In this document: positions 26,637-35,454 of the stretch, piece after piece | Numbering within the stretch: position 1 is the stretch's first letter | Layout: every line of letters begins with the position of its first letter | Virus genome (UHGV): UHGV-0208093 | Reading direction: 5' to 3' (one strand) | Source: a virus | Length of the DNA: 37,633 nt | Program-made: the position numbers and the translations under genes | The notes under the pieces: generated by a model | Told to the model about the DNA's origin: nothing | Seen by the model: the letters and a program-made list of their open reading frames with translations, nothing else | The model's database searches: none

Positions 26637-26666
26637 AAGCAGTCTTTTAACGGACTGCTTATTTTA
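26637..26666. terminator. Bidirectional terminator between the convergent zinc-ribbon ORF and the 26664..26927 gene (AAGCAGTC...GACTGCTT, then ATTTTA).
   Basis: Perfect 8-bp stem. T-rich on the plus strand and A/T-rich on the minus strand. Confidence 0.6.
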
Positions 26667-26927
26667 TATTAATTTACGAAGTGTTTTACCTTCATCATTT
26701 AAGAGCCATACTGCAACAATTTTAAAATCTTCGTAATATGGCAGGTTAATTGCAGTTGTTTGCTCCTTACCAAATGTAATGATAATCGGGTTACTCATGT
26801 TAAAAACTTTAACTGCATTACTATCACAAGAAGTCCCTGAAACCCCTCCGATATAGTCCACTAAAAGTTTCGCTGCTTCTTTACCTTCTAATTCTTTTTT
26901 ATTAAACTTATCAATTTGCAATAACAT
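26664..26927 (-). CDS. Hypothetical protein. The likely start is the ATG at 26927 (MLLQIDKFNKK...), 87 aa; the track ORF runs to 26993.
   Basis: SD GAAAGGAAG upstream of 26927. No recognisable motifs. Confidence 0.45.
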   Translation of the reverse strand: MLLQIDKFNKKELEGKEAAKLLVDYIGGVSGTSCDSNAVKVFNMSNPIIITFGKEQTTAINLPYYEDFKIVAVWLLNDEGKTLRKLI

Positions 26928-27200
26928 ATAAATCTTCCTTTCTGTCTGTCTTTTTTTGCATATGCTAGCAATCGCCAAATATATCCCTTGCAAACTTGTA
27001 GAAAAAAGAGGAGGTTATTCACCTCACTTCATTTTATTGAGAACGTATGTCTGCAAGTGACCATCGAAAGTCAAATCAAACGGTGACTAAACCAGAAAGT
27101 GTTGTGTAATGTGTCCATTTCTTTGACTTTCGATGTTACTATATTAGCACTCAAATTCGTATAAAAACCGCCAACTTTCCGCCAAAAAACCGCCAAAATT

Positions 27201-27668
27201 TTATTTATAGGCAATTATTTTTCCATTGCGGTAAGCTTCTGCGAATTCAATCAAAGCTTCTGATTTCATTCTTTGAATACTTCTTTCGGAATAGCCGACT
27301 TCTCTAGCAATCTTGTAATTAGAGTAATGGTCCTGCACACAGAAACTATAGTGCAAAATTTGTCTGCTAGTTAGGCTTAATGCCATAAGCCCAGATAAAA
27401 TTGCGTCTCTTTCTGCTTCTGCATCTGCTAATTGTACTAGCGCATCTTCTGCTTTGTTCCCATGACTTTGGCTTTTAGGCATATCTGTAATAATTGGTGA
27501 TTTTAAATCTATCAAAGAGCGACCAGCTATTCGCTCTAAACGTCTAAAATTCTTCAACACATTTCTGGCATTCGCTTTTGTTTGTCGAAAATCTACTTCT
27601 TTTAGCAATTGAATCAAGTGGAATCGCTCCTTTTGTGGTATAATAACTATGTCGAAAATATTTCTCAC
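27201..27668 (-). CDS. ArpU-family late-gene transcriptional activator (sigma-70 region-4-like).
   Basis: C-terminal HTH YKIAREVGYSERSIQRMKSEAL. Size 155 aa. Position upstream of the packaging module. Confidence 0.75.
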   Translation of the reverse strand: MRNIFDIVIIPQKERFHLIQLLKEVDFRQTKANARNVLKNFRRLERIAGRSLIDLKSPIITDMPKSQSHGNKAEDALVQLADAEAERDAILSGLMALSLTSRQILHYSFCVQDHYSNYKIAREVGYSERSIQRMKSEALIEFAEAYRNGKIIAYK

Positions 27669-28006
27669 AGCCGGAGCAATCTGGCTTTTTTTATTTTCTA
27701 CTAAATAAACTTTTTACAATACGTACTATGAGATAGTATTTTCAAATACATTTACTCATGATATAATCATATTAACTTTCTTGGGGATTTTATTTCTGAA
27801 ATAAATTTCTCCTTTTCTATGATAACTGGCGGAAAACAGTTATCGATAGTTCCTGTCTCCACCAGAGACACAATGTCAACCTTATTTGTTGGCACTATTA
27901 GCACTTTACTTGGGAAAAGTGCTAACTACCACATTAGTCAGCCATTGGTCGGCTGGCTTTTTGTTTGCAAAAAATCGGCTAGTTATTGTAAAAAAGTTGC
28001 AATAAG

Positions 28007-28255
28007 TTAAAACTCCAATGTAATTGGCCTCCCGTATTTTAAAATTCTCCATTCGCCATCTTTTGTATTGGTTTTATTCATATGATTTCTTTCATCACGA
28101 GCTATCGTATAATCGAAAAATAAATCGGCTTGCTCTGCTCCATGTAAGTATTCAACATAAACGCCATCGACTTGCCTTCCTATGATATAAACTTCTGGAT
28201 AACTCATACGCTGGAACCTCCTAAATATAGCCCTAATCCCAAAATAAACGAGCAT
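28007..28255 (-). CDS. Hypothetical protein.
   Basis: ORF only. The start may be an internal Met (MSYPEVYIIGRQ...). Confidence 0.3.
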   Translation of the reverse strand: MLVYFGIRAIFRRFQRMSYPEVYIIGRQVDGVYVEYLHGAEQADLFFDYTIARDERNHMNKTNTKDGEWRILKYGRPITLEF

Positions 28256-28389
28256 GAAAGGAAATAAACGAGGTCACTGCTTGTTATGTCATTGCTATAC
28301 ACGAAATAGCTCACGGCTGCTTTTGCTACAAGAATCATTATTGCAATGCCACTAACTTTATTTATTACTCTTTTCCAATTGCGTTTCAT
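28204..28389 (-). CDS. Small membrane protein (61 aa). Overlaps the downstream ORF.
   Basis: Two hydrophobic segments. Confidence 0.25.
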   Translation of the reverse strand: MKRNWKRVINKVSGIAIMILVAKAAVSYFVYSNDITSSDLVYFLSCSFILGLGLYLGGSSV

Positions 28390-28572
28390 TTATTCACCAT
28401 CTTTCCACAGCACGGACATACTTTCGTTTAGTATTGCTTCTGTTAGTCCCAATTCCTTGCTGTATCCAATTAAAGCAGCAGCTAACGTGAAGACAATTTC
28501 ATTATCATCCATTCCTGTAGCATTTATACCGATTTCGTTTTCACCAGTTTTTGTTAATAAGAGTTGTTCCAT
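28390..28572 (-). CDS. Hypothetical small protein (60 aa).
   Basis: ORF with a tight junction to the upstream gene. Confidence 0.3.
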   Translation of the reverse strand: MEQLLLTKTGENEIGINATGMDDNEIVFTLAAALIGYSKELGLTEAILNESMSVLWKDGE

Positions 28573-29058
28573 TTATTTGACCTCCTCACTTAATCCCCAA
28601 AAAGGATTTACCTTGTAAAATTTCTCAACTTCTCGATTCAAAGATCGCACCATACTTTCTAAAACTGTTGCTCGCGTTCCTAATGTGACATTTTGCTTTT
28701 TCGCTTTTTTGACACTTGTAATGCCTAAGTTGTGTCTTAACTCAGAAAAAATTAGTATTCCCTGATTACTATATTTCCATTTTAAATCTGGATTGGCTTG
28801 AATCTTTTCCCATAATTCGTTAGTGACAACTAAATAGTTATAATCACCTAAAAACGTTTGTTTTGCGGAACTTTTTAAGTCTGCCAACGTTACTTTTATT
28901 TCATAACATCTAATAGTGTTGTCAGTAGAATAAGTCATAAAGTCGACTCTTTCCTTGCCAAACCAGCCAATGGTTACCTCAAAACAGCCGAATACTCCCA
29001 TTTTGTTGGTATAGTGCCACAAGCATTTCTCAGCTTGTCTGGTTAAATCAGTTTTCAT
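28573..29058 (-). CDS. PD-(D/E)xK nuclease-like protein. Candidate recombination nuclease or Holliday junction resolvase.
   Basis: RVDFMTY ... CYEIKV pattern (D ... E-x-K). Confidence 0.4.
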   Translation of the reverse strand: MKTDLTRQAEKCLWHYTNKMGVFGCFEVTIGWFGKERVDFMTYSTDNTIRCYEIKVTLADLKSSAKQTFLGDYNYLVVTNELWEKIQANPDLKWKYSNQGILIFSELRHNLGITSVKKAKKQNVTLGTRATVLESMVRSLNREVEKFYKVNPFWGLSEEVK

Positions 29059-29071
29059 TAGTTACCTACTT

Positions 29072-29677
29072 TCACTTAATTCCTAAGACGACATAACCAT
29101 CTTGTTGGGCATAATCTGTAATGTACGTTATTTCTGAGACATGGACATCACCTGTATATTGTCCCTCTTGATATTCGTTTAAGCGTAAGATATCACCTTT
29201 TTTATAGTTACGGTCATTTTTACGGATTTCAAAACGTTTATTCCCTGAAACAACCGCTTCAAAGTATTCTGGTAAAATTTTAAGCTCGTGAATGATTGGC
29301 TCTTTCTCGACTTCGTAGCCATACCTCATAGCGTCGCACAACGTAAACTGTATATCTGCACTATTACTCAACCAATCATAAAATTCTCCGCTGTAATCCC
29401 ATTTTTCAGCAACAAACCCATCTGAATCAGTTGCGTACTCAACGCTTAAAAAGAGATCAATTATATCAGTGGAATACTTATGTTTATCAAGCCATTCCGC
29501 AACAAACTTCGGTACCACGACTTTTTCTGGTTCGTCTATCTGTTTTGCTAAGCCAATCGCGTTGTTATATGCGTCTTTTTTACCTCGCGAAAAATCAGTA
29601 TAATCACTAATTTCTGCGTTGCGATTTATATTTGCTCTAATTTCTTCTAACGTTTCAATAAATTCTTGTTTATTCAT
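29072..29677 (-). CDS. Two-domain protein. N-terminus DUF1642-like. C-terminus ASCH/PUA-like (DUF3850-like: FEIRKNDRNYKKGDIL).
   Basis: Sequence pattern in the C-terminal 60 aa. Confidence 0.4.
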   Translation of the reverse strand: MNKQEFIETLEEIRANINRNAEISDYTDFSRGKKDAYNNAIGLAKQIDEPEKVVVPKFVAEWLDKHKYSTDIIDLFLSVEYATDSDGFVAEKWDYSGEFYDWLSNSADIQFTLCDAMRYGYEVEKEPIIHELKILPEYFEAVVSGNKRFEIRKNDRNYKKGDILRLNEYQEGQYTGDVHVSEITYITDYAQQDGYVVLGIK

Positions 29678-29833
29678 CGCTAATCCCCCTTGAAACTGTT
29701 AAAACAGTAGACAGATGTCCGTTATTACGCAAATATTTCAATAAGTCATCAATATCAGATACATCTTCATCTTCTCCGTAATAGATGCTTTCAATTATTA
29801 CAGCTAAATCTATATAGCTTATTTTTAATCGTT

Positions 29834-30244
29834 TCATTCTGTTCTCTCCAATAGTTTTAAGTTATCCCATACATTTCCGATGACTAATAGTTCAAAAAGT
29901 GGATATGTCTTATTTGGATCTCCTGAAAATGCCCCTAAAAAAGAGTCATAGTAATCTACACCCTCACTTTTAAACACGAATGAACAGTCTTCCCAAATAA
30001 CATCAGTGATGTATTCTGAAATACCTTCATTTGTTACTTCTATTATTTTCAAAATATCACCCTCAAAAATTTCAACGCCGTTCTTGTCTTTCAACCCTGT
30101 TGATTGTCCGACTGTTTCCTTATCAATCAGATAAACCGAATTTTCATCTGATTCATTTACGATGGCATACTGGCCAAACATAAAAGTTAGAAGTCCAATA
30201 TGCCAGTTACCTCTTTGATCTCTTGCTCTAAATTTTGGGATCAT
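29834..30244 (-). CDS. YopX-family protein.
   Basis: N-terminus MIPKFRARDQ..., matching the YopX signature M-x-x-KFRAWD. Confidence 0.6.
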   Translation of the reverse strand: MIPKFRARDQRGNWHIGLLTFMFGQYAIVNESDENSVYLIDKETVGQSTGLKDKNGVEIFEGDILKIIEVTNEGISEYITDVIWEDCSFVFKSEGVDYYDSFLGAFSGDPNKTYPLFELLVIGNVWDNLKLLERTE

Positions 30245-30264
30245 CTTCTTTACTCTCTTTCCGC

Positions 30265-30594
30265 TTAAAAATATAAATTTATATGTTCAAAGACATCTCT
30301 TTTTTTACTAGTGGTGTAGTTGTCAAAACGAACGAACAGCTCTTTCTTTACATTATTTGTTAAAAACCTGACAGAATATCCATACTTAATTCTGCTTATT
30401 TCAATGGCATCTCTGCATATTTTTCTCAGCTCATTTTTCGATAGTTTAACTCTAAAACCTAGCACTATGTCAGTAACACCATTCACGGTCTCTGTCTTAG
30501 CGGACCAATCGTCATTACAATAATGCCCATAAAATTGCCAAAGTTTATCATTATCTAACTCAAGCAAATTTATTTGCTCATTCATCTTATTCAC
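30265..30594 (-). CDS. Hypothetical protein.
   Basis: ORF only. Confidence 0.35.
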   Translation of the reverse strand: MNKMNEQINLLELDNDKLWQFYGHYCNDDWSAKTETVNGVTDIVLGFRVKLSKNELRKICRDAIEISRIKYGYSVRFLTNNVKKELFVRFDNYTTSKKRDVFEHINLYF

Positions 30595-31051
30595 CCGCTT
30601 TCATAAATACTAACCAATGTGTTTTTGCTCTTTTATTGCCGTACAATGGCTCACAATCAATTGTGCTTAATATTTCAGATAACTTGATTTGTTCCTCGTT
30701 CCATTTAAAAACTAACGTCCCATTGGGCTTCAAAACCCTCATACACTCATGAAAACCTTTTTGTATATCTTCTTTCCAAGTTTTCTCGTTTAGCTTGCCA
30801 TATTTTTTAGCCAACCAGCTGTTATTACCACACCTCAATAAATGCGGAGGATCAAATACAACATGATAAAACGAGTTATCTTCAAAAGGCATCTTTCTAA
30901 AATCTGCAACTAGATTAGGATTAACATCGATAACATGCCCACTGTCTAATTTTTCGTAATGTTCTCTGTTGTCCATAAACAAAACTTGTTCGTTTTGCTT
31001 ATCAAACCAAAACATTCTGCTACCACAGCAAGCATCAAGTATTCTTTTCAT
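30587..31051 (-). CDS. Small DNA methyltransferase, putative N6-adenine or N4-cytosine. Orphan: no cognate restriction enzyme is present.
   Basis: Motif I-like DACCGSR at the N-terminus and motif IV DPPH (VVFDPPHL). Confidence 0.45.
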   Translation of the reverse strand: MKRILDACCGSRMFWFDKQNEQVLFMDNREHYEKLDSGHVIDVNPNLVADFRKMPFEDNSFYHVVFDPPHLLRCGNNSWLAKKYGKLNEKTWKEDIQKGFHECMRVLKPNGTLVFKWNEEQIKLSEILSTIDCEPLYGNKRAKTHWLVFMKAGE

Positions 31052-31107
31052 AATTTCAAAGGAGAAAAAGCTTTTTAATGCGGCCGCAAATCTCCGCTCC
31101 TTTCTGA

Positions 31108-31335
31108 TTATTTAACTAATACATAAAATCCATTTTTCTTTGCAACGTCTCCTCGAATTCCCAAATGGCCTTCCAACTCTTCAAAGGTCCTTTTTGTAAT
31201 TTTAGAAAGTTGCGTGTCATACCCCAAATTTCTAAGTGTCACGTATTCATCTGGTGTTAATTGGTCTAAATCTATTGCCACAATTGGTGGAAACCGTTCA
31301 GCAGACGGTTTAAATGTCACACTAGTTAATTTCAT
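31108..31335 (-). CDS. Hypothetical protein (75 aa).
   Basis: ORF only. Confidence 0.3.
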   Translation of the reverse strand: MKLTSVTFKPSAERFPPIVAIDLDQLTPDEYVTLRNLGYDTQLSKITKRTFEELEGHLGIRGDVAKKNGFYVLVK

Positions 31336-31462
31336 ATTTTTTTACCTCACAATTTTACCGCTTTATTTTTCGATTTAAGGCGTTTTAAATCATTTATGAT
31401 TAATTACCCTAAACTAATTATTGAATTTAACTGTCGTTAAATTACGCCGTAAAAACAACAAA

Positions 31463-31987
31463 TTATTTCTTATTCATCCACGACTGATTACTTTTTGTTT
31501 TCTTCTTAGTTTTTTCTTGAAATGATTCTTCTTTCGCTTTTTCACGTAATTGTTTTGGCTTTTCTGGTGGAATTACAACGTTTACGACCTTTCCACCTGC
31601 CACTTCTGCAGCAAGATTCGCTAATTCATCGTCTGTAAAATGCATCGCCTGCTTAATTTGATTAGTGATATTACCCTCTTTATCAAGATACCCACTACAT
31701 TTCACTACTTTTACTTTTTCCACGTAATCACCTACTCTTTTTTTAATGTACTGCTTCATTTTTCGTATACCCTTACCTCTATCTTGTCCTTTGCGAACAA
31801 CCCAAGTGCCTGAGATAGCGAAATAATCAATAACCCCTAACGGTGAGTGAATCGCAAACTGGTGACTTGCTTCATAAAATTCGAAAGGATAACCAAGTTC
31901 AAAAATATTCTTCATTACCTCTGTACTCATAAATAAGACATGAGCTTTTCTTTTGTTTTTTAATTCTTGTGTTGGGTACTTTGTCAT
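31463..31987 (-). CDS. Hypothetical protein downstream of the replisome organizer. No Walker A, so it is not a DnaC-like loader.
   Basis: ORF, position. Confidence 0.35.
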   Translation of the reverse strand: MTKYPTQELKNKRKAHVLFMSTEVMKNIFELGYPFEFYEASHQFAIHSPLGVIDYFAISGTWVVRKGQDRGKGIRKMKQYIKKRVGDYVEKVKVVKCSGYLDKEGNITNQIKQAMHFTDDELANLAAEVAGGKVVNVVIPPEKPKQLREKAKEESFQEKTKKKTKSNQSWMNKK

Positions 31988-31990
31988 TCA

Positions 31991-32935
31991 CTATTTCCCC
32001 TCCATGTACTCTTTTATTTGTCTATCAAGTTCCAATTGTTCTTCTGGCGATAGCTTTTCTTCTTGCTGTTTATTTGGTTCTTTTGCCCATTCTGGTAAAT
32101 TTTCAGTCCTAACATTTTGACGTTGGTAAGTCGTTCGTTGTTGGCCACGTTCTTTTTCATTCTTGATTTCAAATTTTAGTTTTTCAAACTGCGTTCTTAG
32201 CTTAGAAGCACTTCTAATGTTTCCAAACCAAAATGAATTTGTCGGTAACCAATCAAGAACATAGTCAATTGCTGCAATAGTTTGTTGATCTCGTTCTTCG
32301 ATTAATCTGAAAACATCTGCCCATTTTTCAATCTTCACTTTTTTCATTTCACTTGGAAAATCATTGATTAAATTATTTTGTAATTTTTGAGCAAGACGTA
32401 AATGTTCGTCAGAATATTTACAAGGAGGTTTCTTTGACTCTTCTTTATTATCTTTATCTATTTCTTTATCTATATCTTTATCTGTTCCGTTACTCAGCGT
32501 TACATCAGCGTTACGTGTAACGTTACTAGTAACGTTACTTAATGACAGTTGCTTTTGTTTTTCTCGGTATTTCGCTTGTCTAATGCGATTTTGCTCTTTG
32601 ACTTTTTCCATACCATCAATGGCCTGGTATTCTTCCCAATTCTTAATGAAAATTACATCTTCATAGGTTGTTACCATGCTGTATTTTTCTAAAGTTAAAA
32701 TGGCAAATTTTACAAACTCAACTGTGAAATCAAAATCAGCTGCTAAATCTTCATCTGAATAGGGCAAAGTATCAGTTAAAAACAATCCGCCTTTTTGGTT
32801 GCTTTCACCAGCACGAGCTAGTAAAAATACCCAAAACAAAATTACTCGATCGCCATCTGGCAATTTGCGTATTCGTTTGATTTTCTTATTATCAGGTAAA
32901 CTAGTACTTAATTTTATCCAGCTAATTTCAGCCAC
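31991..32935 (-). CDS. Phage replisome organizer (DnaD-like N-terminal domain). An origin of replication is embedded in the gene.
   Basis: N-terminus MAEISWIKLSTSLPDNKKIKRIRKLPDGDRVILFWVFLLARAG. Internal DNA iterons at 32441..32538. Confidence 0.75.
   Translation of the reverse strand: MAEISWIKLSTSLPDNKKIKRIRKLPDGDRVILFWVFLLARAGESNQKGGLFLTDTLPYSDEDLAADFDFTVEFVKFAILTLEKYSMVTTYEDVIFIKNWEEYQAIDGMEKVKEQNRIRQAKYREKQKQLSLSNVTSNVTRNADVTLSNGTDKDIDKEIDKDNKEESKKPPCKYSDEHLRLAQKLQNNLINDFPSEMKKVKIEKWADVFRLIEERDQQTIAAIDYVLDWLPTNSFWFGNIRSASKLRTQFEKLKFEIKNEKERGQQRTTYQRQNVRTENLPEWAKEPNKQQEEKLSPEEQLELDRQIKEYMEGK
32441..32538. promoter_or_regulatory. Putative origin of replication. AT-rich TCTTTATCTA repeats (x4) are followed by CGTTAC iterons: 3 direct copies at 32488, 32498 and 32509, plus two palindromic GTAACGTTAC units at 32517 and 32529.
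   Basis: Repeats read directly from the sequence. The location inside the replisome-organizer gene is typical of Sfi21/SPP1-type origins. Confidence 0.6.
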
Positions 32936-32939
32936 TTAT

Positions 32940-33620
32940 CTAGCCTCCTATGTGTAATTTTTTGATAGTTTCTTGGTTCAATTTGATACCTTTAACATGA
33001 TATTTTTTCTTAAATGCTGTAATACCAATGTTATGTTTTTCGGTGTGATGGCATCGACACAAACCAGCGTAAGTGTATTCTGTATGGTCTACGCTTTTTC
33101 TTTTGCGACGACCTAGAGCTTTATCGAAATGGTCAATATCTGCACCAGTTTTTCCACATATGCAACAAACTCGTTTAGTGATACATTTGTAAAAGTAATA
33201 CTCTTGATTTGCTGGCAAAATGTCATAGCCTTTTCTAAATGGAATGTTATTTTCAAAGATGAAATTTAAAATAATGTTCGCTAAAATTGTTGCGTCGTCC
33301 ATTGTGTTTTCTGAATCGTTCCTGAGGCTAATTTCATAGCCCTGGAGCGCTTCAAAACGGAGATAGAACATTTCCTTTAACACTTCCGTTTCTTGCCCTG
33401 TGAAAGAGAATATATCCTCTAGCATTGCAAAGATAAATCGACGTTGGGCAACACTAAATTTTCTCGGATCAATAAATCTTATTTCAACTTCTCTTGGCCC
33501 TGTATAATCAAAATACATGGTTTTTAATCGTTCAATATTTATTGCTTCGTTTATTACTGCTGTTATTGAGTTGTTTTTCAAACTCTTAATAACAGCAGAA
33601 TAAACATTGTTTAGGTTCAT
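32940..33620 (-). CDS. HNH-type nuclease (HNHc_6-like).
   Basis: C-terminal Cys/His cluster CCICGKTGADIDH...CRCHHTEKH. Confidence 0.55.
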   Translation of the reverse strand: MNLNNVYSAVIKSLKNNSITAVINEAINIERLKTMYFDYTGPREVEIRFIDPRKFSVAQRRFIFAMLEDIFSFTGQETEVLKEMFYLRFEALQGYEISLRNDSENTMDDATILANIILNFIFENNIPFRKGYDILPANQEYYFYKCITKRVCCICGKTGADIDHFDKALGRRKRKSVDHTEYTYAGLCRCHHTEKHNIGITAFKKKYHVKGIKLNQETIKKLHIGG

Positions 33621-34540
33621 TCAATCACTTCCACTTGAATCCCGTTATTAATAATAAAATTGTTTAGAGCAACTAACTTTTGATGTTCTGCTGTTAGTCT
33701 TAACGTAACTGTTTTCTCTTGTTGTTTTTTGCAGGTTTTTGGCGCTTCTTCTGTGATGATTTCGCCTGTAGCAGTGTCAACTGTTTTATTGTTGATTGTT
33801 TCAGTTTTCAAAGCAGCAATGGCTTCGTCGTGTTCTTTTTTTGCTCTTTCACGTTCTTCTTGTTCTTTTTTTAAAGCAACGGCGGAATCAATTTCTTTTA
33901 TCAGCTCTGGTGCAGTAGACCCTTTATCAATTAATGCGACCCAAGAAAACGAGTCAAGGCCAACTGCCTTAGCATAATTTTCAACAATGAGCTTATCGTT
34001 TTTTATACGTTCTTTTTCAGATGCAACTGCTACCATCGATGCCGCTATTTCCTCAATAGTTTTCTTATTTGGTTCACCTTTAACTGTGAAAGCTGTTTTA
34101 TTAGTCCACGAACTAGGAATTTCAATTTCGTCAATGGATACATTGTAGTTTTCAGACATTTCAGCAATCACTTTTTGAAGCTTTTTGCTTCGTTTCTGCT
34201 TCTCTGCTTCTTCGTATGATTTGATGCTTTCGTTAATTTCTGAACTAACTTCACTTATTTTTTCAGTATATTTTTTTATTTTTTCCTCAAAATCTTTTAA
34301 CGGCTTATCATATTGATTTTTAACTTCTTTACGTTGATCATCTAGCAACGTTACAACTTTATTTAAGTCTGCTCTTGCTTTTTTAGCTTCAGGAATGTTT
34401 TCATCTGTGAAAATCATTGTTGAATAGTGCTTAACTGCGCTCTCAACCATCTCAGCCAACTGTGCTTCATTTTGGATAGTGATTTTACTAGCTTTAAAAT
34501 CAACATTAAACTGCAATTCTGTTGTTAATTCGTTTGTCAT
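33617..34540 (-). CDS. DUF1351-like coiled-coil protein associated with ERF. The likely start is MTNELTTELQF..., overlapping the ERF stop; the track ORF starts 57 nt upstream.
   Basis: Position directly downstream of ERF. Long coiled-coil regions. Confidence 0.45.
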   Translation of the reverse strand: MTNELTTELQFNVDFKASKITIQNEAQLAEMVESAVKHYSTMIFTDENIPEAKKARADLNKVVTLLDDQRKEVKNQYDKPLKDFEEKIKKYTEKISEVSSEINESIKSYEEAEKQKRSKKLQKVIAEMSENYNVSIDEIEIPSSWTNKTAFTVKGEPNKKTIEEIAASMVAVASEKERIKNDKLIVENYAKAVGLDSFSWVALIDKGSTAPELIKEIDSAVALKKEQEERERAKKEHDEAIAALKTETINNKTVDTATGEIITEEAPKTCKKQQEKTVTLRLTAEHQKLVALNNFIINNGIQVEVIE

Positions 34541-35217
34541 TAGCTTTGCCCCCATGTAATGTTTTCTTCTGGTTGTGGCTGGAATTGTTGTATCCATTGT
34601 TTCAGAACTTCAACAGCTTTATTGAACATACTAGACGGCATGTTTTCATTGACATCAACATTCAATTCTTTACTTAGTTCATTCCGCACATAGTCAAGTT
34701 CAGAATTCGATAACTCAGAAAGTTGTCTGATATGATCGTTTAACGTGGCTAACTGTTTACCGCTAATCAAATTAACTTTCGATGTATCATTGTTCTTTTC
34801 AGCTGCCGTTTGGCCATCGTCGTCTTTATCTGCTGCAATTCCAAACGCTGCCGAAAGTGAGTAACGTCTTGCATATGTCGTTAAACTTCCTAATCCTTGA
34901 GGATTTGTCCCGCTGTTTGGAAATTCAAAAGGTCCATGAACTATATATTGACCACTAACATGAGTAATAATTGTTGTGACTTTTAAAGCATTATTCTCAT
35001 TGACGACATTTTGTTGGAAATCAATTCCGCTTTCTGATTCTTGTGCAGCTTTTCTAATTGCTTCTTCAATCGCTTTTAGAGTTGCATATTGGAAATTCAT
35101 TGGACCTTTTTTCGTTGTATAGGCAACTTCTGCGTCAAATCTTGGTTGAATTAATTTGCTTTTTAGCTTATACATCCCATCAAACAATTCTTTTAAATTT
35201 TCGCTGTTCTCGTTCAT
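34540..35217 (-). CDS. ERF-family single-strand annealing protein.
   Basis: TYARRYSLSAAFGIAADKDDDG matches the P22 Erf motif SYARKYCLNGLFGIDD. Confidence 0.75.
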   Translation of the reverse strand: MNENSENLKELFDGMYKLKSKLIQPRFDAEVAYTTKKGPMNFQYATLKAIEEAIRKAAQESESGIDFQQNVVNENNALKVTTIITHVSGQYIVHGPFEFPNSGTNPQGLGSLTTYARRYSLSAAFGIAADKDDDGQTAAEKNNDTSKVNLISGKQLATLNDHIRQLSELSNSELDYVRNELSKELNVDVNENMPSSMFNKAVEVLKQWIQQFQPQPEENITWGQS

Positions 35218-35454
35218 TTATTCCCCTTCTTTCAGTAATGAAATAACTTTTTGAAGTCCTTCGATTAATTCAACTTGATTAAAATAAGCACTTTCATCTA
35301 AACTCTCGAATACTGTTCTAACTTCTTCATCTTCGCTATCTTGGTAAACAGCAACATGATTATTAATAGCATCCTTTTCAAAAATCAGTGATCCATAAGG
35401 TGAATGATTATCAATTAAGACAATTCTTTGCATTGAATCCACTTCCACTCTCAT
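35218..35454 (-). CDS. Hypothetical protein (78 aa).
   Basis: ORF only. Confidence 0.3.
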   Translation of the reverse strand: MRVEVDSMQRIVLIDNHSPYGSLIFEKDAINNHVAVYQDSEDEEVRTVFESLDESAYFNQVELIEGLQKVISLLKEGE

